64,000 nucleotides of DNA from Minisyncoccia bacterium (GCA_049287045.1 JBAQFC010000011.1:23058-87057); one strand, 5' to 3'. Shown: positions 19,081-29,575, counted from the stretch's first letter. Notes: generated by a model from the sequence alone, not told the origin. Made by a program: numbers and translations.

Positions 19081-19114
19081 TAAAGTGATTTATTACTTAT
19101 TTAACTAAAAATTT

Positions 19115-19699
19115 ATGGCAAATATAAACGTTCCTCCAAGTAAATACATGTTGAATCTTTTACACATTCTTCCACCTTTGACCGAAGGAAAGGAAGGAGT
19201 CATTAATGCAATAATTGAAGTATCAACTGGTTCAATCAACAAATACGAAATAATTACTGAAAGTGGACAGCTGAAGCTTGACCGTGTTGGTTATTCTTCT
19301 CTTTCTTATCCTTTCACTTACGGAGCAATCCCTATGACTTGGGATTATGATGGTGATCCTCTTGATGTAGAGATTGTAAATATTACAGAACCTCTTGTTG
19401 CAGGATCATTGGTAGAAGCACGCATTATCGGTGTTATGAAATTCATCGATGGTGGTGAAGTAGATGACAAAATCATTGCTGTACTAAATGATGACAAAAG
19501 ATCCGACCATATTAAAAGTTACACTGACCTTGGTGAGTACTGGGAAAAAGAAACCAGATACTACTGGGAAAATTACAAAGCTTTAAAGAAGCCCGGTACT
19601 GGTGTCGTTGAAACATTTTTTGGACCCGAAGAAGCAATCAAGGTCATCAAAGAATGTGAAGAAAGATACAAAAAAGACTACGCTCCAAAATTTATATAA
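19115..19699 (+). CDS. ppa: Inorganic pyrophosphatase (family I)
   Basis: 194 aa with DYDGDPLDV and IIGVMKFIDGGEVDDKIIAV motifs. Confidence 0.88.
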   Translation: MANINVPPSKYMLNLLHILPPLTEGKEGVINAIIEVSTGSINKYEIITESGQLKLDRVGYSSLSYPFTYGAIPMTWDYDGDPLDVEIVNITEPLVAGSLVEARIIGVMKFIDGGEVDDKIIAVLNDDKRSDHIKSYTDLGEYWEKETRYYWENYKALKKPGTGVVETFFGPEEAIKVIKECEERYKKDYAPKFI

Positions 19700-19705
19700 A
19701 ATACA

Positions 19706-19738
19706 AAAATACCTCGACCTAGTCGGGGTATTTTTGTA
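19706..19738 (+). terminator. Intrinsic terminator
   Basis: Hairpin acctcgacctagtcggggt followed by a T-run. Confidence 0.55.
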
Positions 19739-19788
19739 TTAACAACATAGGTTTGATAAACATTTTATGTTTGTTGTATAATTAACTC

Positions 19789-20031
19789 ATGGAGCCAAAT
19801 AAAATACAACATGAAGAAAGAACAAGTGGTGCTTTAATAGGTTCGGTTATTATTATAATAATTCTCATTGTTGGTGGAATTTATTTCTGGCAAACAAGTT
19901 TAAAAGAAAAATTAGATCAAGCGCCTGCAAATACAAATTTAGAAAATACTACTGATACTTCTGGTCTTCCTTTAAATATTCAAAAAGATTTAAACAATAT
20001 CAATTCAAATAATCCTGATGAAGCCATCTAA
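19789..20031 (+). CDS. Small membrane protein
   Basis: 80 aa with one transmembrane helix; followed by a terminator at 20045-20082. Confidence 0.35.
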   Translation: MEPNKIQHEERTSGALIGSVIIIIILIVGGIYFWQTSLKEKLDQAPANTNLENTTDTSGLPLNIQKDLNNINSNNPDEAI

Positions 20032-20114
20032 ATAAAAAATAAAAATAGCCCCGTCGCTCAAGAGCGACGGGGCTATTTTTTGACAAAAAAGACCAATAAA
20101 TATAATATACGAAG

Positions 20115-21188
20115 ATGCTTAAAACAAATATAAAAAAACTACCCAATAGTGAGATCGAAATCGAAGGAGAATTAGAAGCCGAAGCTTTTGAAAGCTTTTA
20201 TCATAAAGCACTTAAAAAGATCGGTGAAACTGTCGAGCTTGATGGTTTCCGAAAAGGAAAAGCACCTGAAAATGTTTTACTTTCTCATGTTCAAGAATTA
20301 CATATCTTGGAAGAGATGGCGCAAATGGCTCTTGGTGAACATTATCCAAAGATAGTTGAAGAAAATAAAATTGATGTCATCAGCCGTCCAGAAATCTCAA
20401 TCACAAAACTTGAACGTAATAGCCCACTAGGTTTCAAAATAAAAACTTCCGTCATGCCAGAAGTAAAACTTCCTGATTATAAAAGCCTTGCAAAAGACAT
20501 CACATCTAAAATTACTGATGCTGAAAAAAATATCGTTGTTACTGATGAAGATGTAGAAAATACCATCATGGATATTCGCAAGTCTCGCGCTCCAAAGAAA
20601 CATGTTTCTGAAAAGGTACACGAGCATAAAGAAGATGAAGAACATACCCATGAAGAACCAAAAGAAGATGAGTTACCGGCTTTCAATGATGAATTTGTAC
20701 AACAGCTTGGACCCTTTGAAAACGTAGAAGATTTCAAAGAAAAACTTAAAATAAATATAAAACTTGAAAAAGAGAATCAGCAAAAAGAAAAAACAAGACT
20801 TAAAATTGTTGAAAAAATAATCGATGAAACAGAGATTGATATGCCTGAAGTTTTAGTTGAAGCCGAACTAGATAAAATTTTATTCCGTATGGAATCTGAT
20901 ATAACTCAGATGGGTTTGAAGTTTGAAGATTATCTAAAACACTTAAACAAAAGTGTTGAAGACTTAAGAAAAGATTTTAGAGGTGATGCTGAAAAGAAAG
21001 CAAAACTTGGCTTAGTTCTAAACAAACTTTCTGAAGTTGAAAAGATAGAAGCAGATCCTGAGCAAGTTGAAAAAGAAGTCGCTCATTTAATAGAACACTA
21101 CAAAGATGCCGACCCAGAAAGAGCTACTCTTCATGCTCAAAATGTTTTGATAAACGAAAAGGTTTTCCAATTCTTGGAAACACAATAG
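20115..21188 (+). CDS. tig: Trigger factor lacking the PPIase (FKBP) domain
   Basis: 357 aa. The N-domain (GFRKGKAP) runs up to …VTDEDVENTIMDIRKS, then comes a 24-aa His/Glu-rich linker, then the C-domain starts at LPAFNDEFVQQLG. The roughly 95-aa FKBP segment is absent. Confidence 0.8.
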   Translation: MLKTNIKKLPNSEIEIEGELEAEAFESFYHKALKKIGETVELDGFRKGKAPENVLLSHVQELHILEEMAQMALGEHYPKIVEENKIDVISRPEISITKLERNSPLGFKIKTSVMPEVKLPDYKSLAKDITSKITDAEKNIVVTDEDVENTIMDIRKSRAPKKHVSEKVHEHKEDEEHTHEEPKEDELPAFNDEFVQQLGPFENVEDFKEKLKINIKLEKENQQKEKTRLKIVEKIIDETEIDMPEVLVEAELDKILFRMESDITQMGLKFEDYLKHLNKSVEDLRKDFRGDAEKKAKLGLVLNKLSEVEKIEADPEQVEKEVAHLIEHYKDADPERATLHAQNVLINEKVFQFLETQ

Positions 21189-21303
21189 GACTGAGGAACA
21201 TGTACTGATTAACAAAAAAACCGGCCATTAGGTCGGTTTTTAGTTTTAATAAATTAAAATAAAAAAATCCCAAGACTGTCATAAGACAATCCTGGGATTT
21301 GAA

Positions 21304-22143
21304 CTATAAATGTAAAAATACGTAGCCCTTTATCGACTTGGATTCTTGACTATATCCGATTCCCAATAAAGCACCTAAATGCTCAATTGAAAAACTTTTA
21401 AAAATTCCCCATTCACCTCGGATCAATTTCCAATTGTTGGAATTAAAACCAACATCTGAATAAACTGACAACCCATGTGTTTTTGGAATTTCCAAAATAT
21501 CAAGAACTCCTGCATTCTGTTTATTATTAAACACAACGACAGTTGAGAAAAATTTGTAGCTTAAATTTAAAGCTCCACCAAATGTTTTCGACTGCGCCAT
21601 GTAATAACCAGCAATTTGCGCATTAGGAATCTTTATACCAAATTCAGTTGAAGCATCGTTGCTTCTCCAGAACTCTCCTGCAATAAGTGAAAAGTTTTTT
21701 GCATTCAAAGTAACTTTTCCACCCATTGCTGAGCCCAATATCTGAGCTTTTGTCCATGGTTCAAACTGACCACTTCCAGAAGTTGGTATTGGGCGAAGTT
21801 CTGTCATCGGTGTTGCTATTTTCCCGACTGTTATAAAAACAGTTTTGCAAGGAGAAAACTTTGCACCAATAAGAGAAAAAGGTGTTACTGTTCCTGTTTG
21901 ATCAATTTCACCTGCTCCTAATCCAGTCAATAAAAAAAACTTGTTAGGCTTCCATGTAACCATGCCACCAGCTCTCAACGTCACAAACCCAAGTGCTTTT
22001 GAATTTTCAGTGGATAATTTTGGACCACCAAGCACCCCAAGATATGTCGTTGCACTAGTATGATTAATCGAATCGTTATATACCACTTGTCCATAAGAAC
22101 AAACAGAAATAATCGTTGTAAACAATATTGCTATATTTTTCAT
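21304..22143 (-). CDS. Secreted hypothetical protein
   Basis: 279 aa with a signal peptide (MKNIAILFTTIISVCSYGQ). Confidence 0.45.
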   Translation of the reverse strand: MKNIAILFTTIISVCSYGQVVYNDSINHTSATTYLGVLGGPKLSTENSKALGFVTLRAGGMVTWKPNKFFLLTGLGAGEIDQTGTVTPFSLIGAKFSPCKTVFITVGKIATPMTELRPIPTSGSGQFEPWTKAQILGSAMGGKVTLNAKNFSLIAGEFWRSNDASTEFGIKIPNAQIAGYYMAQSKTFGGALNLSYKFFSTVVVFNNKQNAGVLDILEIPKTHGLSVYSDVGFNSNNWKLIRGEWGIFKSFSIEHLGALLGIGYSQESKSIKGYVFLHL

Positions 22144-22181
22144 TTTTTAAAGTATTTAAAAGTTAATAAATCAATTTAATT

Positions 22182-23441
22182 TTAAATTAGATTGATTATA
22201 ACTTTAGGAACACCATCGATATCAAGCAAAAAACCTTTCATGGTTTTCCAAACTTGATTCGTAAAATAAATAATATATATTGTTGACGAATTAACAATCC
22301 GGACCAATGGAACAATAACAGCTTCATAATATGAAACATCGATATGAAAGCTATTCCCCACATCATGATCAATTCCTCCATTATCAATATTTGTAATATG
22401 AATAATAGTACCAAAAGAAGCTGCTGGAATTATCATTCTCGGTGTAATTACCAGACACAAAATAACAACAAGTGCTAAAGCAAATGAATGCTTCCGCACC
22501 ATGCCAATATTTTCCAAATGTTCACGAAATTCTTTAAGTGACATTTTTTTACCAATCTCAACCAGTTTTTTATCTGATCTTGAAAGGAGAGAAAACATAT
22601 TCTTGCGTCTTGATAAAACTTCAACCTTTCTTAAGGTTTCGTTCAGACGATTTCGGATATCTATCCACAAAATTATAGGCCAAAATAAAAGAGAAACTAT
22701 AAAAGATAAAGGTGCAAAACCAAAATTAAATTCTGGTTTTTTCCTATCTATATACTGCCAATAAGTTTCTTCAACTTCCTTTTTGAATTTAATTCTCCAA
22801 ATAAGAAACAATAAGAAAGCAACCGGCAATCCTCTCATATAAATATTTTTAAGCCAAGTAATAATAGGCATAAAAATATCAGACCAAAATCTTACAGGTG
22901 GAACCAATAATTCTCTTGCTACGTCAGAAGGAAACCAATATCGTCTAGCTTCTTCTATACTCATGATTTTTCTCATATATCCCGAGTGCTGTGTATGATT
23001 TTGAGCAGCAAGTCCGTCTACATCAATTTTTCTCCAATTCTCATCGCGGAGATTAACTAATTGACCTTTTGAACTCATACCCATACCTGAAATACATGAA
23101 ATTATTACACACCTTCCATTCCCTGTTTTATTTAATGAATCTAGATAAACTTTTTCAAACATTTCATATTGTTTAAGGTCACGAAAATACAGATACGGAT
23201 CATATACTCCGGTTTTTTGTATTAATCGTGTTCTTTCTTGCACCAAACTGTCTCCATAAGCAATAGCATTGTTTGGATTCATTTCAAGTGTCGCAATTTC
23301 TGAACTATCAAATGTGTGAATACTGTACTTTTCAGATTCACCAAAATTAAATTTATGAAACTGTGTAAATATTCCTGTGGTCCATATGAAGCCAACAGGA
23401 ATTAAAAGGTACCGTAGTACCCATAATATTGTTGATTTCAT
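22182..23441 (-). CDS. Polytopic membrane protein
   Basis: 419 aa with multiple hydrophobic segments. Confidence 0.5.
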   Translation of the reverse strand: MKSTILWVLRYLLIPVGFIWTTGIFTQFHKFNFGESEKYSIHTFDSSEIATLEMNPNNAIAYGDSLVQERTRLIQKTGVYDPYLYFRDLKQYEMFEKVYLDSLNKTGNGRCVIISCISGMGMSSKGQLVNLRDENWRKIDVDGLAAQNHTQHSGYMRKIMSIEEARRYWFPSDVARELLVPPVRFWSDIFMPIITWLKNIYMRGLPVAFLLFLIWRIKFKKEVEETYWQYIDRKKPEFNFGFAPLSFIVSLLFWPIILWIDIRNRLNETLRKVEVLSRRKNMFSLLSRSDKKLVEIGKKMSLKEFREHLENIGMVRKHSFALALVVILCLVITPRMIIPAASFGTIIHITNIDNGGIDHDVGNSFHIDVSYYEAVIVPLVRIVNSSTIYIIYFTNQVWKTMKGFLLDIDGVPKVIINLI

Positions 23442-23600
23442 ATTTATATATTTTTAATTTTTCAAAGGGCAAATTTGAGCCGATTTAAACCCGTAGGTAT
23501 TGAAGGCGGTTTCTACCTTCAACCTTTGCATTATATATCTTTTTTGACAAAAAGTCAAGACCAGACAGGGCTACTGAAGGTTACCCATCGTAGAATATTT

Positions 23601-23700
23601 AAGAAGTGTAACTTTTAAAAAGCATTGCACAGGCCGACGGGCCGAGCATAGCAAATTTTCAGCAGAAAATTATGTGCGGTTTTTAAAAGATATACTTCTA
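23601..23700. repeat. Extended-hairpin intergenic repeat, copy 2 of 4
   Basis: Same conserved core as copy 1. The apical hairpin is aattttc-agca-gaaaatt, a compensatory change relative to copy 1. The outer stem is gaagtgta/tatacttc. Confidence 0.8.
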
Positions 23701-23729
23701 AAATATTCTTTCAAATAAAAACACCAAAC

Positions 23730-23757
23730 TTGCAAAATTTGGACTAAGATATATTAT
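23730..23757 (+). promoter_or_regulatory. Candidate clpP promoter TTGCAA-N16-TATTAT ending 6 nt before the ATG (leaderless-like)
   Basis: -35 box at 23730-23735, -10 box at 23752-23757, and the ATG at 23764. Confidence 0.35.
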
Positions 23758-23763
23758 ATAGAC

Positions 23764-24363
23764 ATGTTAATACCAACCGTTATTGAGAAAAGCCAATTTG
23801 GAGAGAGAGCTTATGACATTTATTCACGTCTTTTACGAGATCGAATCATATTTTTAAGTGGTCCTATTGATGATAATACTGCAAACATTGTCATCGCTCA
23901 GCTTCTGTTTCTTGAATCTGAAGATGCAAAAAAGGATATTTATCTTTACATAAACTCACCCGGTGGATCAGTCACTTCAACTATGGCAATGGTAGACACC
24001 ATGAACCATGTTCGTCCTGATATTGCCACTTTCTGTGTAGGTATCGCAGCTTCTGGTGCAGCTATTGTTTTGTCAGCCGGTAAAAAAGGTAAAAGATTTA
24101 TATTACCAAATGCTGAAATTATGATTCATCAACCTTCAGGCGGAGTGGAAGGTCAGGCCACAGATATAGAAATCACTGCTAAGCATATCCTAAAAACAAG
24201 AAACAACTTAAATAAACTATTGGCCAAAAACACAGGAAAAACTCTTGCCCAAATAGAAAAAGATGTAGAGCGTGATTTCTACATGGACGCAGAAGAAGGT
24301 AAAAAATACGGTATCATCGACGAAATCGTTACAAAATCCAAAGCCGTCACCAACAAAGATTAA
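23764..24363 (+). CDS. clpP: ATP-dependent Clp protease proteolytic subunit
   Basis: 199 aa containing the [13 protein letters not shown] (Ser) and MIHQPSGG (His) active-site motifs. Confidence 0.92.
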   Translation: MLIPTVIEKSQFGERAYDIYSRLLRDRIIFLSGPIDDNTANIVIAQLLFLESEDAKKDIYLYINSPGGSVTSTMAMVDTMNHVRPDIATFCVGIAASGAAIVLSAGKKGKRFILPNAEIMIHQPSGGVEGQATDIEITAKHILKTRNNLNKLLAKNTGKTLAQIEKDVERDFYMDAEEGKKYGIIDEIVTKSKAVTNKD

Positions 24364-24561
24364 ACTATCTAAAAATTTCAAAATAGACAAAAAATCCAGC
24401 ATCTGTTATATTAAAGATGTTGGATTTTACAAATTTATTTACACTCGGTTTACAGGAATACCCTTTATATTATGTGCTTCACAAAAAACTTTCAAATATT
24501 TTGCAGTAAAGAGACGAAATCACACATATAGTGAGCGTTCTTGTAAGTCGACATTAGACTT

Positions 24562-26091
24562 ATGAGCACAATAACAATAATCTTACTTGGAGTCGTAGCA
24601 CTCCTTTTAGGCGTTGGCGTAGGATACTACTTACGATTAATCATCGCCTTGGGGAAAAAGAGATCTATCGAGATCGACATCAAAGACATGATGGTCGGTG
24701 CAAAAGAAGAAGCACAAAAAATCACAGACGAAGCAAAAGCAAAGTCTGAAAAAGTTTACGCGGAATTAAAAGAAGAAGAGAAAAAGAAAGAACAAGAAGC
24801 TAAAGAGACAGAAAAAAGACTCATTAAAAAAGATGAGCTTTTAGACGCTCGACAATCTGAAATAGACAAAGAGGTTGAAAATATAAAATCAAAGGTTGAG
24901 GAAATAAAAAAGATTCAAGAAAGAGTTGTAGGTATCGAAGCTGAAAAGAGAGGCGAACTTGAAAAAGTAGCAAAACTTTCAGAAGAAGAAGCAAAGGAAG
25001 TTTTGTTTAGTGATATTGAAAAGAAATATGAACAAGATCTTTTGGTAAGAATGCAGAAGTTTGAAAACTCAAATGATGAAAAGTTGGATAGACGTGCAAA
25101 GGATATCCTTGCCACATCCATCCAACGTTTAGCATCCAGTACTGCCTCTGACATAATGACAACTGTCGTGGCTATTCCAAACAATGAAATAAAAGGAAAA
25201 ATTATTGGAAAAGAAGGACGCAACATCCGAGCTTTTGAAAGAGCTTCCGGTGTTGAACTTATTGTCGATGATACTCCAGGTACAATCGTAATTTCTTCAT
25301 TTGATCCAGTTCGCAGACAAGTTGCTCGTTTTGCTCTTGAGAATCTTATCTTGGACGGACGTATTCAACCAGCCAAAATAGAAGAAGTAGTTGAAAAAGC
25401 AAAAGAAGAAATAAATAAAATCATTAAAGAAAAAGGTGAACAAGCAGTCTACGAATGTGGAATCTTCAACTTTGATCCACGTATTGTCGCGATTATCGGA
25501 AGACTTTATTTCCGTACCAGTTATGGTCAGAATGTTCTCCAACACTCTATCGAAATGGCTCATATTGCTGGTATGATTGCCGAAGAATTAGGAGCTGATG
25601 TCGCGATAGCCAAGGCCGGTGCTTTGGTACACGATATCGGAAAAGCTTTAGACCATGAAGTGCAAGGTACACATGTCGAGATTGGTATGCGTATCCTTCA
25701 GAAGTTCGGAGCAGATGAAAGAATCATTACTGCTATGAAATCTCACCATGAGGATTATCCTTATGAAACTATTGAATCCATCATCGTGCAAACAGCTGAC
25801 GCTATCTCTGGTGGTCGCCCTGGAGCTCGCCGAGACTCAGTTGAGAACTACTTGAAACGTTTGCAAGAACTTGAAGCATTAGTAAATGGCTTCCCTGCTG
25901 TTGAAAAATCATATGCTCTTCAAGCCGGACGTGAAATCCGTATCTTCGTCACACCCGAAAAAATATCCGATGCCGAAGCAAAATTGATGGCTCGTGATAT
26001 TGCGGTAAAAATAGAACAAGAATTGAAATATCCAGGAGAAATCAAGGTTACGATGATACGTGAAACTCGAATAATAGAATACGCCCGGTAG
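24562..26091 (+). CDS. rny: Ribonuclease Y
   Basis: 509 aa: an N-terminal transmembrane helix, a coiled coil, KH (GKIIGKEGRNIR) and HD (HDIGK) domains. Confidence 0.9.
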   Translation: MSTITIILLGVVALLLGVGVGYYLRLIIALGKKRSIEIDIKDMMVGAKEEAQKITDEAKAKSEKVYAELKEEEKKKEQEAKETEKRLIKKDELLDARQSEIDKEVENIKSKVEEIKKIQERVVGIEAEKRGELEKVAKLSEEEAKEVLFSDIEKKYEQDLLVRMQKFENSNDEKLDRRAKDILATSIQRLASSTASDIMTTVVAIPNNEIKGKIIGKEGRNIRAFERASGVELIVDDTPGTIVISSFDPVRRQVARFALENLILDGRIQPAKIEEVVEKAKEEINKIIKEKGEQAVYECGIFNFDPRIVAIIGRLYFRTSYGQNVLQHSIEMAHIAGMIAEELGADVAIAKAGALVHDIGKALDHEVQGTHVEIGMRILQKFGADERIITAMKSHHEDYPYETIESIIVQTADAISGGRPGARRDSVENYLKRLQELEALVNGFPAVEKSYALQAGREIRIFVTPEKISDAEAKLMARDIAVKIEQELKYPGEIKVTMIRETRIIEYAR

Positions 26092-26190
26092 AATAAATTA
26101 AAACAATAAAAAAGAAACAGCCCGCGACAGTAGTCGCGGGCTGTTTTGATACAATTAGGAATTAAAAACCGTAAATGTTAACATATTTTT

Positions 26191-27600
26191 ATGGATACTT
26201 CTGATAAGAAAATCATTATTATAAATGGAGTAATGGGAGTTATAGGTTCCCCTATTTTTTCATACTTTGCTGAGCAAGGAGAGAATTTTATTTATGGTAT
26301 AAGTCGCCGAGGATTTTATTTTGAAGAATATGTAGATAGCAGTGGAGAACTTCCTCAAAAAGATATAGTTTTTTCTCTTGCGGATTATAAAAAAGAAAAT
26401 TACGAAATCGATATAGATAGTTTTATTGATGCATTACCGGACCTTCCTATAGTTTTTATTCATACAATGGGAGAATATGTTACTGAAATGACTAGAGATG
26501 GTAAATTACAAGTAGAAAATGACAATGATGGCGACGGAATTAACGACAACGTAAAACGTCTAACTTATGAAGTTCCAATAATATTTGCAAAAAAACTAGG
26601 TAAACGAAAATCTCCAACAACCTTTATTCAAATAGGATCACTTTCTGATAAATATAAGATTGATATTCATGGTTCATGGGTCAAATCTATGGATTTATTA
26701 AAAAATGATCTTAAAAAGATTTCTGATAATAATAAAAACTTTAATGCCTTAATATTAAATGTTTCATCTGTCCTAACTCCAAAAGAACTGACTGACAGAC
26801 CTTATGTTTCACTAAAAACAAATGCGGATATGCGATACTGGTTACCTCCCACAGAAATAGCAAAGTTTATCGATGAATATACCAAATCGATAAAAACAGG
26901 ACTTCATGAAGAAGAATTATATAAAAAATGGCCAAATATTTCACCAGATCATTTTAGTTTAAGTAAATATAAAGAAAGAAGAGGAAAAGAAATATATGAT
27001 ACTCTTGCGTTTGAACACAAAGATATATTAAATCTATCAGAAGGAGATAACATTTCATTTAGCTTTAATAACCCATTTCATATGGATAAACTTTGGGGTG
27101 ATTTAACTATATTACTCTCTAGACAACATAAAAAAACACAGCCAGTTATTTTTTATAATCCACATCCTTGGTTTTTTATAGTAAGAAACAAAACAGAACA
27201 TGAAGTTTTTTCAGTTCTTAATGATGAAGGTTATCTGGTTCTTTTAACTTGTGGTTCAAATACGTATTTAGATAAAACAACACTAGAAAAGGAACTTATA
27301 AAATATCGACATAAATTTAATATTTCTACCTCTACAAAATTTGAAAATAATTACAATCTTAATATTTATGATGACTTTATAATTGAGGTAACTTTTGATA
27401 AAAATACATCAAATGAAATAGATAACTTTTTTATAAAAAATAAAGAAGTTAACCCAGAATTAGTTAAAGAATTAAAGGATATAGTCTCTAAAAATGGAGA
27501 AAATAGATTAACTGTATACAAAAACAAACAAAAAGCTGAAGAATTAAGAATAGAATTATCAAAAGATTTTGAAATATCTGCTCCATACAAAATACAATAG
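26191..27600 (+). CDS. Hypothetical protein with N-terminal Rossmann-like NAD(P)-binding motif
   Basis: 469 aa; IIIINGVMGVIGSPIF resembles the SDR/epimerase TGxxGxIG motif; the C-terminal two thirds are unrecognised. Confidence 0.5.
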   Translation: MDTSDKKIIIINGVMGVIGSPIFSYFAEQGENFIYGISRRGFYFEEYVDSSGELPQKDIVFSLADYKKENYEIDIDSFIDALPDLPIVFIHTMGEYVTEMTRDGKLQVENDNDGDGINDNVKRLTYEVPIIFAKKLGKRKSPTTFIQIGSLSDKYKIDIHGSWVKSMDLLKNDLKKISDNNKNFNALILNVSSVLTPKELTDRPYVSLKTNADMRYWLPPTEIAKFIDEYTKSIKTGLHEEELYKKWPNISPDHFSLSKYKERRGKEIYDTLAFEHKDILNLSEGDNISFSFNNPFHMDKLWGDLTILLSRQHKKTQPVIFYNPHPWFFIVRNKTEHEVFSVLNDEGYLVLLTCGSNTYLDKTTLEKELIKYRHKFNISTSTKFENNYNLNIYDDFIIEVTFDKNTSNEIDNFFIKNKEVNPELVKELKDIVSKNGENRLTVYKNKQKAEELRIELSKDFEISAPYKIQ

Positions 27601-27610
27601 ACAAAAAGAA

Positions 27611-27644
27611 AAAGCCCTGTGCAACATTGTGTGCACAGGGCTTT
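27611..27644. terminator. Bidirectional terminator between convergent genes
   Basis: Hairpin gccctgtgca-acattgtg-tgcacagggc with T-runs on both sides. Confidence 0.6.
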
Positions 27645-27645
27645 T

Positions 27646-28281
27646 TTAATTTACAGCTGCTTCTTTTAGCAGTTTAACCTTTTCTTTTCCTTCCGGTATA
27701 TTGTTGAAAATGGTACGTTTTAAATTTCCATTATTCGATTCTACCCATTTTACTAATTTTTCTAAGTCTTTAGATAAATCTGGATTGAAAACTCTAAAGG
27801 ATTTCAAAATCTGATCTTTCTGTTCGACATTCAACTGGTTTACCAGATATTTAGGTCCACCAAAAATCATAAATCCGATTTTATCTCTGAATTTTTTGTT
27901 TTCCAAAGAAATAACAAAGTGTTTAAACCAAGCCATTACCTTATCAAAGAATTGATCGGGAGACAAATCAGCCAAATTGTTTAATTCTTGCGGAGAGATG
28001 TAATTAATTGCTGACATTCGAGCATTTAAATATTTCTCACGCTTAATAAAGGCTTTTTCCACCCAGGAAATTTGTTTTGGGTTTAAAAAAATAAGTTCTT
28101 TACCCCAAGTTCCACCATAAGTCCATTCCTCATCAGTATTTGGAAGCAACTTTTCCTTTTCGAACTTAGAGGGCCAATACTCTCCTCCTGAATTAATATA
28201 GATAACCTTTCCATTCATACGGCAAAGGAAATTACCCGCAATAGTAACGTAAGCCACAGGGCTAGTAACGATGTTTTTCAT
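27646..28281 (-). CDS. Hypothetical protein
   Basis: 211 aa; no recognisable motif. Confidence 0.45.
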   Translation of the reverse strand: MKNIVTSPVAYVTIAGNFLCRMNGKVIYINSGGEYWPSKFEKEKLLPNTDEEWTYGGTWGKELIFLNPKQISWVEKAFIKREKYLNARMSAINYISPQELNNLADLSPDQFFDKVMAWFKHFVISLENKKFRDKIGFMIFGGPKYLVNQLNVEQKDQILKSFRVFNPDLSKDLEKLVKWVESNNGNLKRTIFNNIPEGKEKVKLLKEAAVN

Positions 28282-28449
28282 GATTCATGATTTTAATTAG
28301 TAATTATTAGATTATTTACTCTTTTTAAGGATCAAAAATCCCTAGAAAGAGTAAAAAATCTCATAAAACTACTATTGAAAAGAACTTGAACCAACAATAA
28401 TATATCACATATAACAAAAAAGTCAACATATTCTCCTAACCTGAAAAGG

Positions 28450-28478
28450 TTGCCCTTAAAAAACCCTTGTTATATAAT
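28450..28478 (+). promoter_or_regulatory. Consensus-like sigma70 promoter TTGCCC-N17-TATAAT upstream of hup
   Basis: -35 box at 28450-28455 and -10 box TATAAT at 28473-28478, about 100 nt upstream of the hup ATG. Confidence 0.5.
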
Positions 28479-28581
28479 AGGGATGTAGGAATTTTACAAG
28501 AAGGGGTCGAAAATATTAATAATTAAATTTTAATTACTCGTTACTTGTCTCACAATTGTGTGATAAAACGAAAAAAAATAT

Positions 28582-28854
28582 ATGAATAAACAAGCATTAG
28601 TTGAATTAGTTCATGAAAAATTAGGAGGTACAAAGGTACAAGCTGAAGAAATCGTAGATGCGATGTTTGGTGCAATCGTTGGTACAATGAAAAAAGGAGG
28701 TGAAGTATCAATAGCTGGATTCGGAATCTTTTCCGTAAAAGCTCGTGCTGCTAGAATGGCTCGCAATCCAAAGACTGGAGAACAAGTCAAAGTAGCTGCT
28801 AAGAAAGTTCCAAAATTCAGAGCTGCAAAGGCTTTGAAGGACGCAGTAGAATAA
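28582..28854 (+). CDS. hup: DNA-binding protein HU
   Basis: 90 aa HU/IHF fold (GFGIFSVKARAARMARNPKTGE); followed by two tandem terminators at 28866-28950. Confidence 0.9.
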   Translation: MNKQALVELVHEKLGGTKVQAEEIVDAMFGAIVGTMKKGGEVSIAGFGIFSVKARAARMARNPKTGEQVKVAAKKVPKFRAAKALKDAVE

Positions 28855-28945
28855 TATTTTATCTCGAGATAAAAAACAAAAGCCACCGAAAGGTGGTTTT
28901 TGTTTTGCAAATAAAAAAACCGACATCATTCTAGATGTCGGGTTT

Positions 28946-29488
28946 TTATTTTTTTAGTACCTTTTTAGTGATACCAAGGAAATAGTAATAATTTCCATTC
29001 CATTTACCCTCTGAAGGGTACAAGCCTAAAGCCAATCCTCTCTTGGGATCAAGGATCAATGGTACACTTTTGAAACCATCAAACACAACTTCAGATCCCA
29101 GAGCTACAACTCCGAACCCTTCAATTAAATGAGTTTCAATTCCAAATGATTGAAGTTCTTTGATTGTTGCAGGACGTAAGCCATGACTTTGCATAGAATC
29201 TAAAACATTCTTTGATGTTATGAAACCAGGTAAAGAAACAAGGATACCAGTGAGTGAATCTTTGCCAATAGATTTTTCTTTTTTAAATAAAATATTTGAA
29301 ATTTCATTTTTATAAAAGAAATAGCCTCCAGTAGTACTTAATTGCTCAACTGTATTTTTGTAATTAACAAAAAACTTAACAGGAGTCTGGTTCGGTAGGG
29401 CTGGTACACTTTTTTGACCAGCACAACTAAAAGAAGAAATGCTGGTTACTATTAAAAGTAACTCAACAAAAAAGATTAACTTTTTCAT
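28946..29488 (-). CDS. Secreted/lipoprotein-like hypothetical protein
   Basis: 180 aa with a signal peptide and a Cys shortly after it. Confidence 0.45.
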   Translation of the reverse strand: MKKLIFFVELLLIVTSISSFSCAGQKSVPALPNQTPVKFFVNYKNTVEQLSTTGGYFFYKNEISNILFKKEKSIGKDSLTGILVSLPGFITSKNVLDSMQSHGLRPATIKELQSFGIETHLIEGFGVVALGSEVVFDGFKSVPLILDPKRGLALGLYPSEGKWNGNYYYFLGITKKVLKK

Positions 29489-29575
29489 ATGTCTGGTTTT
29501 ATTTAAGGTTAGTATTTATTACGAGGTTCTATATAACTGACCATATTGTAACACACTTTATATATAAAAGTCAAA

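Noticed and set aside
24272-24565. 97-aa plus-strand ORF between clpP and rny
   Set aside because: It overlaps the clpP 3' end and the clpP terminator hairpin (24397-24432). Its composition is AT-codon noise with no signal or motif.
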